A stretch of DNA of 64,000 bases from Nitrospirales bacterium. GTDB taxonomy: Bacteria; Nitrospirota; Nitrospiria; Nitrospirales; UBA8639. The notes beneath the pieces were generated by a model. The model ran no database searches and was not told where the DNA came from. It saw only the letters and a list, made by a program, of their open reading frames with translations. Of the stretch, positions 41,501 to 55,182 are shown piece after piece. The stretch is from positions 1,344,001 through 1,408,000 of the forward strand of contig CBDBCZ010000016.1 in the NCBI GenBank assembly GCA_965203295.1, in the 5' to 3' direction. Positions within the stretch are counted from its first letter, which is position 1, and each line of letters begins with the position of its first letter. Both the position numbers and the translations under genes were made by a program.

Positions 41501-44500
41501 CAGACACAGTGGAACCTCTCTAATGCAGACTACTAGTTAGATTCATCATACTAATATCGATAGCCATTAACAAGGTTTTAGAACCCTTCTCAACGACGCA
41601 CAGCTGAGCCAGAGCTCCAGAACATGGCCATGTGGTGCTGAAAAGCTCGTCGAATATGTGTGGCCACACCTACCAGCAGCTACACTAGAAACCGCTGAAA
41701 TTTGGACACCTTTACATTTTGGACAAGCATGGTTGGTCCCAATGGTGTGACAGATACTTTTCTAAGAAGACAGCTGACTGTCCCCACTGTCAAGTGAAGT
41801 TGATACAGTCTATGTAGCTACTGTTAGGACTGAAAAAAAACTGTTTGCTCGCAGAATAGTAGGGTGTCCGCATTTCAGAGGTTCAGATAAGCAAAGTTGC
41901 CTGTTATCATCTTCCAAGCATCTTCTTGCAGTCCCTGTGGATGACGAGGGCATTGTTCCATCCGAACTGGAGAAGGTCCTGCAGGCCCACCAGGACTACC
42001 GCCCCCGGGAGCTGACAGAGAGGAAGCCGTTCTGGGCCATGCTCTACCTCATCCCCGTCTACCACAACCCGACTGGAGTCTGCCTCTCGCCAGGTGTCTT
42101 GCGTGTGTTGTGAGAAGAGTTTACAATGCATGGAGAGTCATATACTAAGCTACAGTGATATAGTCTTGTCTGAGTGAGTGCATTTAATGTTAGTGTGTAC
42201 CTGCCAGTGTATGCTTTTAGCTGTAATCACAACTGAGTGCATGTTTAACAGGGCCCACGCAGATAATCATTGACACGCGTGTGCTTCTCATAATAGAGTG
42301 ACACCAACAGATGCATTCTTCCGTGCAATGAAAAGGTTGTCTACAGCTTCATCAAGACTGAAATAGACGGAGCTGTAGTACTAAGTATGGGCATTGAAGA
42401 ACTAACAGAAATAAAACTAGGGAGTTCGTTTCGGATAATAATTATGAGCCCTCGTATAGGTTCGGATTGAAATTGAGGATATGAGACTTATACTAGCCAG
42501 CTATAACGGGGGGGGGGGGGGGGGGGGAGAGTATTCATCAAGCTGGTCTATAAGTAGCTAAGCCTTGCTACTATTCCTCCCATCAGTTTTTTGATGACTT
42601 CAGTAGTTGTAGGTCACTGACAGCTGTAGCCACTACAGTGATTTATGAACACCCTGGTAACATTTTCCTGTCCTTCAGTATACAACAAAAGATTAGGCCT
42701 TGCATAGGTGCTGGTGAGAGAGATGAAAATTAAATGTATACTTTCTATAGACCGTTGCAGGGAGGTGATTAAACTGGCTCGGAAGTATAACCTACTGGTA
42801 CTGTGTGACGATGTCTACAACCTGCTCCACTTTCCGGATAAGACTGCCCCCCAGAGGCTCTTTACCTATGATGACAAGTATGTCGTCTGTAATATTTCAT
42901 TAATATTTGTGGGTTTTGAAGACAAATTGCCTTCTTTGATAATTACATTGTATTGTATACTATATGCATATTGCATAATACATTTTTGCATGTTCAAAAC
43001 AAACTTGCAGTTCACAATTACCCAATGGTCTAAGGTACCTTTTTCTCCCACAACCTTAACAATATCCTCCATGACACAGAGTAACCTGATAAAAATGAAT
43101 CAATGCTCCTTTATATTAATTTGCATTCTGGTATAACTGCTTGGTCCTCCATGTAGGAGTGATCCTGAGTACCAGGGAAATGTCGTCTCCAACGGAACCT
43201 TCTCCAAGATATTCGGTCCAGGGATACGACTGGGGTGGATGGAACTGCCAGATAGGGTAAAAGACATCATCATTACCAGGTACGGAAGAACTGAATGGAT
43301 ATTGATAGGCTATGTTACACACTGGAGCAGTATAGACCCCACCTACATATATAGTGGCTGTGAAATGATTAACTTTATGTATGTACTGAAGGAAGGTGTT
43401 GATCGATATACAGCATGCATTTATATACATATCAATAGATGAACTACTTGTTTTCTAGCAGTGGTATTAGGCTGGTACATTGACTGTTGGTATGGGGGGA
43501 AAATTCAATTAGGTTACTTTATGTTCTCTGTGCTTGTGCTCGTGGCAGTGCTGCCAGCCTACTGTTTGTACCATGAAGGCACTATAGTTATACCAGGTCC
43601 TTGATTATATAGTACTTTCATATTATTGAGAGACTCAACACTCTAGATTGTACTATAGTCAGATTTATTCACCCCCTATAGTCATAGGTATTGTGTTACC
43701 ACTGCTCAAGTTTTAACCTGCGTTTTCATCTGATTGGTATGGGCAAACACGCACACAGCTAATTTGCTGACTCAAATGGAGGGCTCCAAATGATTTAGGT
43801 AGATGTGATGAGAACCAATGCTTAAGTTCTGTATGTTATTGACTCAGTTTTCAGTTCCTTACCATTATTATATGATCATACATGAGAGGATTTAATGGCA
43901 AGTACAGTGAAATATTGCCCATGCACAATAGTGACATCACATATACATGTACTTCAAATTCTCTTCCGTGCAGTGGAATGGCACGAAGTGGAGGTGGCTT
44001 TAATCATACAATGTCAGGTGTCATGACTAGTGTCATATCTCTGGGACTGCTGACCAATCTGCTGAAGGAATCCCGGAAAGACTACCAGGTGAGCTGAGAG
44101 CAAAACTCAAGTGGATTAGCCGTATTACAACTGCATGGCCTTATACTACCTGGAAGTACAAGTAGAGGTGTATATTTATGCGGCTAGCTTCTGAGATATG
44201 ATAAAGATGACTCGGACACCCTTCTGCATGTATAGCCTATGTCTGCATTTGTCACTGTAGGCTCAATGTGAGGCTCTCTGTGGAGTACTAAAGAAGAAAT
44301 TGCCCACAGCATCCTTCAAAGAACCATCGGTATGCTCACCTGACATGGCCGTGCAGCCTATGCCAGCAAGGCCTGAGGATTTGAGCTCATATCATCTTCA
44401 TTTATTGTACAGGGAGGATACTTTCTGTGGGTAAAACTGCCTGATGGCATTCAAGCACCAGGTAAGCCATAGTTTGGTGACTCGTTTCATAGCCAGTGCA

Positions 44501-45185
44501 TGTACATCAATAATAAGTAGAGAACATGAGAGCAAAACGGGGCCTATTATTGGGCCCAGAGGGAGCCCATGCTGTAATTCCTAAAATGACTTGTATCCTT
44601 GTACTATAGCTAAGCAAGAAATATATGGGCCTTATTTAATTCTCCAAGGTTTACTTTTTTCCTGCTGTATTTCCTAAGCCACCAAAATGTTGCCTGTTTA
44701 AATTTAAGGGGATGGGGATATTATTTTAAAATCTGAGCTACTGCTGCACGGCATGCAAGTATTTAATTCAAAGCTGGTTAATTGTTCTACTCTTTACCAC
44801 CGTATGTGAAGAGCTGCTGAAGCGCTGTGAGGCTGATGCCCAGCTCACTTTCGTCACTGGACATGTGTAAGTATGTTCATTCAATATAACATGTACATTG
44901 GTGTCAAAGTAGGCAAGATAATACAAAGATAAGTAGAGCTACTATTTATTCCCAGGCTGTATGGTCTTCAGCTTGCTGTCAATTCAGTGCTAAATGAAAT
45001 ACTCACTTCAAGCCGTTAGCCATGATTATTATATGTACTGTTCATCTTCCTTTTGCAGAACTTCCCCAACGGGAAAGTTTATTGACCATGTTCGACTCAG
45101 TTTCTCCTACTATGATAAGGATGTGCTTGCAGTAGGAGCTGAAAGGCTGATGGGAGTCCTCGAAAAGATCCGGGCTGGGCAGTGA
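38547..45185 (+). CDS. PLP-dependent class I/II aminotransferase (YER152C / 2-aminoadipate-transaminase-like), copy A, 11 exons
   Basis: Exons 38547-38696, 40527-40639 (FQYGPESG), 40960-41114 (VTAGATQAL, FMEDPTYF), 41932-42093 (YLIPVYHNPTG), 42751-42877 (LCDDVYNLL), 43157-43279 (GTFSKIFGPGIRLGW, PLP Lys), 43974-44088, 44261-44329, 44413-44461 (GGYFLWV), 44812-44866, 45059-45185 (RLSFS). Confidence 0.93.
39685..40085. mobile_element. TIR element (MITE) in aminotransferase A intron 1
   Basis: TIRs ggggggtcactcccataggctctgtagtcacaa / ttgtgactacagagtctatgggggtgacctccccc with internal TTGACC repeats. A degenerate relative lies at about 4047-4397. Confidence 0.75.
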
Positions 45186-45409
45186 ACTGTTACATGTAGG
45201 ATGCTTATCTTATCTGTGGGAATCTTACTTTGAACAATGAATTTTAAATCTGAATCAGTAGCGAGTAAATTCTAATCTATAAATTCCGTTTGTTTGTCGG
45301 AGTTATATTGGATGGGACCCCACAATATACTGCAGTTGCTAGACTGATTTTGCAACTGTGGTATTGTTTGACATGACCCGCTATAATGGACATCATCAGT
45401 CAGGCATCA

Positions 45410-45510
45410 TCTTACTTACCTCTTTGATGACTTGCCGCTGCAGCAAGGTGCGGGGCAAGTCCTCCCTCGACTCTGAAGGAACTACGCCAGGCAGGAGAAG
45501 GTTTGCCATG
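45410..45510 (-). pseudogene. Orphan duplicate of ankyrin-PH gene exon 1 (further copies at about 52150-52280 and 56490-56620)
   Basis: MANLLLPGVVPSESREDLPRTLLQ..VIKE is homologous to 38392-38270, with deletions and no downstream exons. Confidence 0.8.
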
Positions 45511-45838
45511 ATGACGCCAGCGTAAATGAAAAGCGTATCGGTTAATTGGTGCAGCCTTAGGGGGCGTGGCTGACTCCGTTTCACGTGTCATACATGCACT
45601 TAGGGGGCGTGGCTGACTCCGTTCACGTGTCATACATGCGTGTATGACACGTGAAACGGAGTCAGCAAGTCCTCCCTGACAGCTGACTCCGTTCACGTAT
45701 CATACATGCGTGTATGACACGTGAAACGGAGTCAGCAACGCCCCCTAAGGCCGCATCAATTGACCGATACTCTTTAGTAGTAATTTTGGGGACGTCGTTC
45801 ATTTTATCTGACATCCAATAGTCAAAAGCTGCAGGAAG

Positions 45839-48800
45839 ATGTCTGCAGCAGCCCGCAATAACTGTGCCACCCAATTCGACGGCGTTTCTCCGGGCGTGAC
45901 CAACTTCAAGATGGGCGCCCCGGGGGTCGAAACCCTTTCAAAGTGCACGGAGATCCTGAAAAAGGCCACCATACATAGAATGGTAAATCAGCATGACATC
46001 ATCTGTATTCCATGGTGCATTGATTTGTACATATCCCGTACTTAAATTCGAACATAGCAGGATAAATGGATTAGTAGGATCCAGCAGTTGTTGAAGGTGC
46101 TCCTGACCGCTTTGAGCAATCAGTCCTTGCACCTCCTCCCCTAGTCTTGTTCCCAGACCTTCTTCAAATGCACCGTAGGAAAATTTAGCTCATACGAGAG
46201 GATGGACTGGTGACTTCACTGAGATCCTTGGAATTGGTCTTGCAAGCCAGCCCACGTTTACTAACAAAAATGGGAAACGGCGTGGTAAACGCACCGTACA
46301 GCTTCTGCAATACAGGAACGTTATCAGTTACGTAGTTTTAATTAGTGTTAAGGCATATTTAGCTGCACTACCGATAGCTCATTTATTGCTGCTGCACTCC
46401 ACTTGATCATTTCTTGCATCATATATTCAGGACTGCAGTCTTGAACTACCTATACACAGTGACTTATCTCTGCAATAATTATGCGGTAGTCGATCATGTG
46501 ACAAAGATCTGCAAGCTGATTGGAGCACAACTAGTGGAATGTTGTGTGGACTTGGGGCTGGATTGTGAAACTACCTATTTGTATCTAACGTATACCTTCC
46601 ATCAAGAAAGTTTCGCCACCACACGGGCACTTGTTTATGAGCAAGCATAGTAAAACTGTACCTCATTATACGGTAGCTAGTGTGCCTGCATAGATCAATG
46701 TGAACCCAACTCAAAATTTCAACGGGGTGCACAGGAGGGTCCAGGAGCGTGACTGTGATCTTGAATGACCAGCACATTAGTACCTCTTCTCTATAATGGA
46801 TTCGCGAAACTGATTAACGACCATTTAGACTCTAAATTAGATAACCACACCCCCTCCTATTTACAATAATATGGCATAGGTAATGATAAATGAATCGCTT
46901 GAGGTCACCGAACTATGTTTTGGCTATCTGATTCGTAGCCTACACCTTTAGTAGCCTCGTACCCAGGTAGCCGGTACAAGGCTACACCTTCATATGCAAG
47001 GAGAGATCCTGGTCTCCTAGTCCACTTGAACACTTGAGACAATTTTTTTATTGCGAGAATAATTTCCTCCTCCCCCCATTGCAATTTTCAATTCCTGTTT
47101 TTCCTCTCCAGGATGAGCCCAATGCTCACCAGCTGTTCCAGTACGGGCCTGAGTCGGGGGACCGACAGTTTTTGGAGACACTGGCCTCCTTTCTCACTGA
47201 GGAGTACCAGTCTCCTGTGCAGGCGTATGTAAGAGTCAGCTGTAAATCCCAGCACAGTCAATTTCTCATGATTCATATACATCAGAATACTGATACTTTT
47301 GCTCATTTGCAATTGCTATATTTATACCAATACCCTTCCTTCCATCCTGTTCATTCCCTCCCCTCCCCTCCCCTCCCCTCCCCTCCCCTCCCCTCCCCTC
47401 CCCTCCCCTCCCCTCCCCTCCCCTCCCCTCCCCTCCCTTCCTCCAGCGATGACATGATTGTCACAGCAGGTGCAACCCATGCTTTGAATGTGTTGACACA
47501 CTTGCTGTTCTCAAGTGGCGACTTCGTTTTCATGGAAGATCCCACCTACTTTCTTAGTGTCAAAATGCTAGAGAGTGAACACGGGATGAAGTTTGCGTCA
47601 GGTACATGTATATACATAAATTTTTAAACACACTGATCTGTAGTGTGACCTCACTCTCAGGTCTGCACCGTTGTGGTTTCACTGAAATCGTTTGTGTAAC
47701 TGAAAATGGCCCCAAGCCTGGGAATGAGGCTATCGGTAGTCGTCTTTAATCCAGAAAAGCTTCATGACTATGAGACTTACATGTAATGTAAGTGTTGGTT
47801 TGACATCATTACACCTAAGCTCAGCTAAAAGATACATGTAAATGCATTAAACATTTATGCAGAGTCTGTTATAGTAGAGAGCTGTCTTGATTGCACAATA
47901 ATTTGCTCATGTTATAAAGCAGACACAGTGGAACCTGTCTAATGCAGACACCATGACCGAAATGTAAAGGTGTCCCGATTTCAGGGGCTTCTAGTGAGGC
48001 TACTGGTAGGAGTGGCAACACACATTCGAGCTTTTCAGCACCACATGGCCATGTTCTGGAGCTCTGGCTCAGCTGTGTGTCAGTGAGGAGGGTTCTAAAG
48101 TCTTGCTAGTGGCTATCAAAACTAGCAATATGAATCTAGTAGTGGTGAAAGCCTGCATTGTCAAGTGAAGTTGATACAATCTATGTCGCTATTGTTGGGA
48201 CTGAAAAACCTGTCTGCTCTATAGAATGCTCTATAGAATAGTGGGTTACATGTCCACATTTCAGAGGTCCAGATTAGCAAAGTTGCCTGTTATCATCTTA
48301 CAAGCATCCTCTTGCAGTCCCTGTGGATGACGAGGGCATTGTTCCATCCGAACTGGAGAAGGTCCTGCAGGCCCACCAGGACTACCGCCCCCGGGAGCTG
48401 ACAGAGAGGAAGCCGTTCTGGGCCATGCTCTACCTCATCCCCGTCTACCACAACCCGACTGGAGTCTGCCTCTCGCCAGGTGTCCTGCGTGTGTTGTGAG
48501 AAGAGTTTACAATGCATGGAGAGTCATACTGAACTAGAGTGATAATAGTCTGTGTGTATGAAGAGTCTTGTCTGAGTGAGTTGCATGTAATGTAAGGTGT
48601 GTACATGCAAGTGTGTGTTTTTAGCTGTAGTTACAACTGAGGGCAATTAATAGGGCCTACACAAAGGGCTTAGCTAGTATATATGGAGGCTGCTTTTGAA
48701 AAGTCGGCTACAGCTTCATTAAGACTTAACTATAATATAGTACTGAGTATGGTAGGAGATCAGATGGGGTGTGTTCTTCTGTTTACTGCTGTTCTGCAAG

Positions 48801-51800
48801 CTCTAGTTCAGGCGTTTTGTATATGAGGATTTCTGCAGCACTTTCTAAATTACAGTAGCCTTGCAACTATTACTACCATCAATTTTTTGATGACTACAGT
48901 AGTTGTAGGTAACTGACAACTGTAGCCACTACAGTGATTTATGAACATCCTGGTACTGTTTTCTTGTCTTTCAGTATACAACAACTAGGCCTTGCATCAA
49001 TGCTAGTCAGTGAAAATGATAATATACTTATGTTGCTGTCGTAGCACTTACGCCATTGACCACGCACCCACATACGCAGGCGAAGATAAACAGTAAATGT
49101 ATACTTTAAATATGATAATATTTTCTCTGTGATCTGACAACCTGGCTACAGACCGTTGCAGGGAGGTGATTAAACTGGCTCGGAAGTATAACCTACTGGT
49201 ACTGTGTGACGATGTCTACAACCTGCTCCACTTTCCGGATAAGACTGCCCCCCAAAGGCTCTTTACCTATGATGACAAGTATGTCATCTGTAATTTTTTT
49301 CTCTATCCTACTGCGCCTGTTGCTACCGTAGGGTGGGGGGTTTAATTGCATTGTAAAGGCATTGCATTTGTAGGTTTGAAAAGTAAATTGCCTACTTGCT
49401 AATTACATTATAGCATACACATTTTCTCTATGCATATTGCATAATACATGCATTTGCATTCAAGCTATCAAACTTACAGTTCGCAATTATCCAATCAAAC
49501 CCGGCCTACTTCTCCCACATACCTTAACAATTTTCTCCAAAACATAAGAGTAACCTGTTTACCTACTGTGTACCATAAAAGTAAATCAATGCTCCTTTAT
49601 ATTAATTTGCATTCTGGTATATATACATTGCTTGGTCCTTCATACAGGAGTGATCCTGAGTACCAGGGAAATGTCGTCTCCAACGGAACCTTCTCCAAGA
49701 TATTCGGTCCAGGGATGCGACTGGGGTGGATGGAACTGCCAGATAGGGTGAAAGACATCATCATCACCAGGTACAGAAGAACATTGCTATCAGCCTATTT
49801 CCTGACTCCAAGTGATGTAAGTAGATATGATGAGAACAATTCTTAAGTTCTGTATGCAATTGACTCAGTTGTCAGTTTCTTACTATTGTTATGATCTTAT
49901 TGGCAAGCTAACAGTGAAATATTGCCATTACATATACATGTACCTCAAATTCTCTTCCGTGCAGTGGAATGTCACGAAGTGGAGGTGGCTTTAATCATAC
50001 AATATCAGGTGTCATGACTAGTGTCATATCTCTGGGACTGCTGACCAATCTGCTGAAGGAATCCCGGAAAGACTACCAGGTGAGCTGAGAGCAAAATGCA
50101 AGTGGATTAGCCTTATTGCAACTGCATAGCATTAATATACTACCTGGAAGTACAAATAGAGGTGTATCTCAGTAATATTTATGCAGCTGGCTTCTGTAAA
50201 AATGACTCGGACCCCCTTCTGCATGTATAGCCTACCGTATAGCCGTAAAATTTGGCAAGAATTAAATTTGGCAAAATCGCCAAAACTGGCTAAAATTAAA
50301 TATTGACGATATTTAAATTGGTGATTGCCTACAGCGAAGGCTACGATGTAATCTTCAATTAATTTTGGCAATTTAAATGGACGTATTACGTAATCCTAGG
50401 CGCACAACATGCGACGCTGCTGAACATGTAAAGTTTTTTGTCACTGAGCTCGACAATGGAGACGTTGGATTCGCCGATCTTACTATACAGAAGCTTCGAG
50501 AGTGTGTAGCGGCCTTTGTCGCTCCGTTGTCAGCGGCATACTTTCCAATTTGTGCCCTTTCTTGAGTGTAAGTGTTATACTTGCCTCGAGGTGACTGTGT
50601 GACAGGCTTCAAGTCTCCAGCTTTACAGCTTTGTTCGTGAGCTCGATATCCTTCCCGGACAGAGAGGAAACATGTACGTGGAGTAGGAACAACTTCTTTC
50701 TTGTAGCTGAAAGCGCACGTGGGTGTCATGTATTACGTAATGCGTGAGAATTTAATTTGGCGATTTTTTAGGATTCACTAAACTGCCAAATTGAAGTCCT
50801 CGCCAAATTTTCCGGCTATACAGTATGTCTGCATTTGTCACTGTAGGCTCAATGTGAGGCTCTCTGTGGAGTACTAAAGAAGAAATTGCCCACAGCATCC
50901 TTCAAAGAACCATCGGTAAGCTCACCTGACATGGCCGTGCAGCCTATGCCAGCAAGGCTTGAGGATTTGAGCTTGTATCATCATTTATTGCGCAGGGAGG
51001 ATACTTTCTGTGGGTAAAACTGCCTGATGGTATTCGAGCACCAGGTAAGCCATAGTTTGGTGACCCGATTTCATAGCTAGTGCAAGTACATCGATAAGAA
51101 GGAGAGAACATAATATTATATACATAAATGAGAGCAAAACATGAAGGGCATATTATTGGGCCCCCAAGGGAGCCCAGTGATTCCTAAAATGACTTGTATC
51201 CTAGCTAAGCAAGAGATATATGGGTCTTAGTTTCTTCTTCGAGGTTTACTTTTTTTCTGCTGTATTTCCTAAGCCACCAAAATGTTGCCTGTTTAAATTT
51301 AAGGGGATGGGGATATTATTTAAAATCTGAGCTACTGCTGCACTGGCATGCAAGTATTCAATTCAAAGCTGGTTAATTATTCAACTCTATACCACCGTAT
51401 GTGAAGAGCTGCTGAAGCGCTGTGAGGCTGATGCCCAGCTCACTTTCGTCACTGGACATGTGTAAGTATGTGTTCATTTAATATAACATGACATTGGTGT
51501 CAATGTAGGCAAATGCTACAAAGATAAATGCTAGTACCTTCAGCATAGTGATCTGTGATCATAGAGAGTCATCACTCTGCGTGCACTCCATCTCTTGGTA
51601 GATTATATGGCTAGTCAAAGTACTCCAAATAACGCCGTGTTTTCAATCCCGGGTGGGTCGCATTGTCTATGATATTCCCAGCCCTTATGGGCTTTAGCTC
51701 TATAACTCCAGCTTACAAAATTTTTGGCCGCTCAATGCTTAATGAAATGACAAGCCATTAGCCATAATTATTACATGTACTGTTTATCTTTCTTTTGCAG

Positions 51801-51927
51801 AACTTCCCCAACGGGAAAGTTTATTGACCATGTTCGACTCAGTTTCTCCTACTATGATAAGGATGTGCTTGCAGCAGGAGCTGAAAGGCTGATGGGAGTC
51901 CTCGAAAAGATCCGGGCAGGGCAGTGA
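45839..51927 (+). CDS. PLP-dependent class I/II aminotransferase, tandem copy B, 11 exons
   Basis: Exons 45839-45982, 47112-47224, 47447-47601, 48318-48479, 49152-49278, 49648-49770 (TFSKIFGPGMRLGW), 49965-50079, 50847-50915, 50996-51044, 51407-51461, 51801-51927. The frame and splice sites are intact. Confidence 0.92.
50235..50823 (-). mobile_element. Internally deleted pogo-like DNA transposon
   Basis: TIRs C(C/T)GTATAGCCG(T/G)AAAATTTGGC. The TA TSD is confirmed by the empty site in copy A at about 44239. A remnant ORF reads RGKYNTYT-QERAQIGKYAADNGATKAATH, an HTH typical of pogo-like transposase N-termini. Confidence 0.85.
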
Positions 51928-53049
51928 ACTGTTAGGATGCTTATCTTATCTGTGGGAATCTTACTTTGAACGATGATTCTTTAAATTTGAATCAGTAGAG
52001 AGTAAAATCCGATTCTGTTTGTTTTGTCGGAGTTATATTGGATTGGGCCCTACAGTATATCGGTACTGCAGTTGCTAGACTGACTGTGGTATTGCTAATA
52101 CATGACCCACTACAATGGACATCCACAGTATGTCTGAACTTCAGGAGGGTGCCTCTTTGATGACATTCTTGAGCTTATCGATATCTGGAGTTCCTTCTTG
52201 CTGCTGCAGCAAGGTGCGGGGGCTAGGCCTCCTCGACTCTGAAGGAACTACGCCAGGCAGGAGAGGGTTTGTCGTGATGGCACCAAGGTAATGGTGTGTG
52301 GTTTAAAACTTTGTGTGCAACCTTTGGGGGCGTGGCTAACTCTGTCCCATTTCGATGCGGACTCTTCCTACAGCTCAGATCACACTCTATACTAGACGGG
52401 AAGGAATGTAGGCTTTTCCACATTATGCTAGTATAATTTTGGTCATAATAGGTGTGGCCTGGCATAGGGGAATTATGCCAGCATAATGGGTAAAATTGTT
52501 AGAATAACTTCCTGTGAAGGCCAGCTACACGCTTTGGTAGTGCATGTAGAACTGCACTTCTTGTACAGCTGAATTAAGCCATCGCTGTGTGTGATACTTC
52601 GACCTATTGCAGTGATACTACAGTGATGCTCTCTGGCCATGGCAGCACTATATAGGATTGCTGTATTGACTAGAGGATTGTTGTTTGAGCATGAACACAG
52701 CAAAGGTAGAGCCGAATTGGTGCAAATTAGGAATTTTCAAGAATGAGAAAACCACATTATCGACAAGCAAGTTGATGCATGCATCGCTTATTGCGTTTTC
52801 ACACTCTTGGTCAGCAGTGCAGATAATTTACTAATGTGCTTTCCGCATTCCTGAAGCATCCCTCTGTAACTGAATCAACAAACCATCTGCTGTGGTTCGC
52901 AGAATCGCATTCTTGACCAAAAAGTGATGCATGAATTTGCTCATCGATAATGTGTTTTCCATATTCTTGATGAACTCCCTCCAGACACACACACACACCA
53001 ACTTGGCACTTGGCTGTGTTCACTCAATTAACAAAAAAAAACAAAAAAC

Positions 53050-53940
53050 AGCAATTCTATCCGCAGGGATAAGGTGCTGGATGCTGTCCGGGAGCATGTC
53101 CCTGAGCTCCACCCCTTTGTCTACTCAGCATACTCCTCACCATCATCTCTCTTCTGGGGCGTTAAAGTCATCCAGTCGGCAGAAGGGGTACAGCAGGGTG
53201 ATCCTCTGGGGCCACTGCTTTTCTGTCTTGGAATCCACCACATGTGTACACAGCTAGAGTCAGAGATCTCCTTGTTCTACCTGGATGATGGCACTCTGGG
53301 GGGAACTGTGGATGACCTCAAGCATGACCTGGACCTAGTGGACCGGGAGGGAGCAGAGATTGGGCTATGGTTGAACAGAGAGAAATCAGAGATCGTTTGT
53401 GCCGATTGTGACACTTCAAACGCCATCCTGCCTTCACTCCAGGGGGCACAGGTGGTGTACCCTGCAAAGGCCACATTGTTGGGGTCATCAATCGGAGACC
53501 TGTCCTCCGTGTCGGATGTTCTCAGAACCAAGGCTGACATGCTGAGGAAGATGGGTGACAGGTTTCAACATCTATCTGCCCATGATGCTATTCTCCTCCT
53601 GAAACACTCATTTGCCCTCCCAAAGCTTCTATACAACCTCAGGACCTCACCATGCTTCCTCTCTCCAGTGCTGCAGGAATACGACGAGCTTCTAAAGTCG
53701 ATTGTGGGTCACATAACGAACATACACTTCGACAAGAATGATCCGGCATGGACGCAAGCTACCCTTCCTGTGAAAATGGGGGGGTTGGGCATCCGGAGTG
53801 CAGTGCAGCTTGCACCTTCTGCCTTTCTGGCCTCGGCTGCTGCCTCCTCCGATCTTGTCCACCACATTATCCCTCGCCACTTCCAGGGCTCCCCAATACC
53901 CAACGTGGAGGATGTCAAGCTCCTGTGGGCAGCAGGTCAT
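53050..53940 (+). mobile_element. Internal fragment of a non-LTR retrotransposon reverse transcriptase (RLE-type, CRE/NeSL-like)
   Basis: Open frame NSIRRDKVLDAV..GVQQGDPLGPLLF..FYLDDGTL..GLWLNREKSE..LLGS..QATLPVKMGGLGIR, truncated at both ends. Confidence 0.9.
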
Positions 53941-55111
53941 GAGTGAACACAGCGAAGCTAGAGCCAAGTTGGTGTGTGTGTGTCTCGAGGAAGTTAATCA
54001 AGAATGGGAAAAAAAGGATGTCACTATATTGTGTTTCCATATAAAATGTGGACCAATTAATGCAGAGGGAGCTAGTGCTTCAAGAATGCGGAAAGTGTAA
54101 TAGTGAATCATTTGCATTTGTTCGCATTGTTAACCAAGAATGTAAAAACACATAGTGATGCATTAATTTGCTCATAGCTAAGACGCACACACACACACCA
54201 ACTTAGCTCTGGCTTTGCTGTGTTCACTCATTTGAAACTCCGAACAACACCCCACAGCAGACAATTTAACCTATTATTCAAAAAGCAATGACCATTATTC
54301 TCACATTATTCTCAACAAAATTGTGGTGCCTATTTTTCTCATAGGATTCTGGGAATATTTTGCCAAAGGCCTATCGCTGTATGTGATACTTCGACCTGCC
54401 ACAGTGATAGATACTACAGTGATGCTCTCTGGCAGCACTATATTATAGGATTGCTGTATTGACTAGAGGGTTGTTGTTTGAGCATGAACACAGCAAAGGT
54501 AGAGCCGAATTGGTGCAAAGGAATTTTCAAGAATGCGAAAAACCACATTATCAACAAGCAAGTTGATGCATCACTTATTGTGTTTTCACACTCTTGGTCA
54601 GCAGTGTAAACCAATGCAGACAATTCACTAATGTGCTTTCCGCATTCCTGAAGCATCCCTCTGTAACTGAATCAACAAACCATCTGCAGAATCCCATTCT
54701 TGACCAAAAAGTGATGCATGAATTTGCTCATCGATAATGTGTTTTCCGTATTCTTGATGAACTTTCTCCAGACACACACGCACACCAACTTGGCACTTGG
54801 CAAAAAAACAGTCCACTGGTGAAATACAACAATAATTATACTGTGGTAACAGTCTTGTGACGTGGCTACTGTACTCCATGATGGGGAGAATTTAGCAAGA
54901 AATGTAATTGTCGTATTGACCAGTGGGTTATTACTTGAGCTCCAAATGAGTGATTACAGCGAAGCTAGAGCCAAGTTGGTGTGTACGTCTCGAGAGAGTT
55001 TATCGAGAAAGTGCGTCACTAGCTATTGTGTTCGCATTGTTAACCAAGAATGTGAAAACACATAGTGATGCATTAATTTGCTCATAGCTAATGGTTTCCT
55101 CAGATAACAAT

Positions 55112-55182
<71 letters not shown>

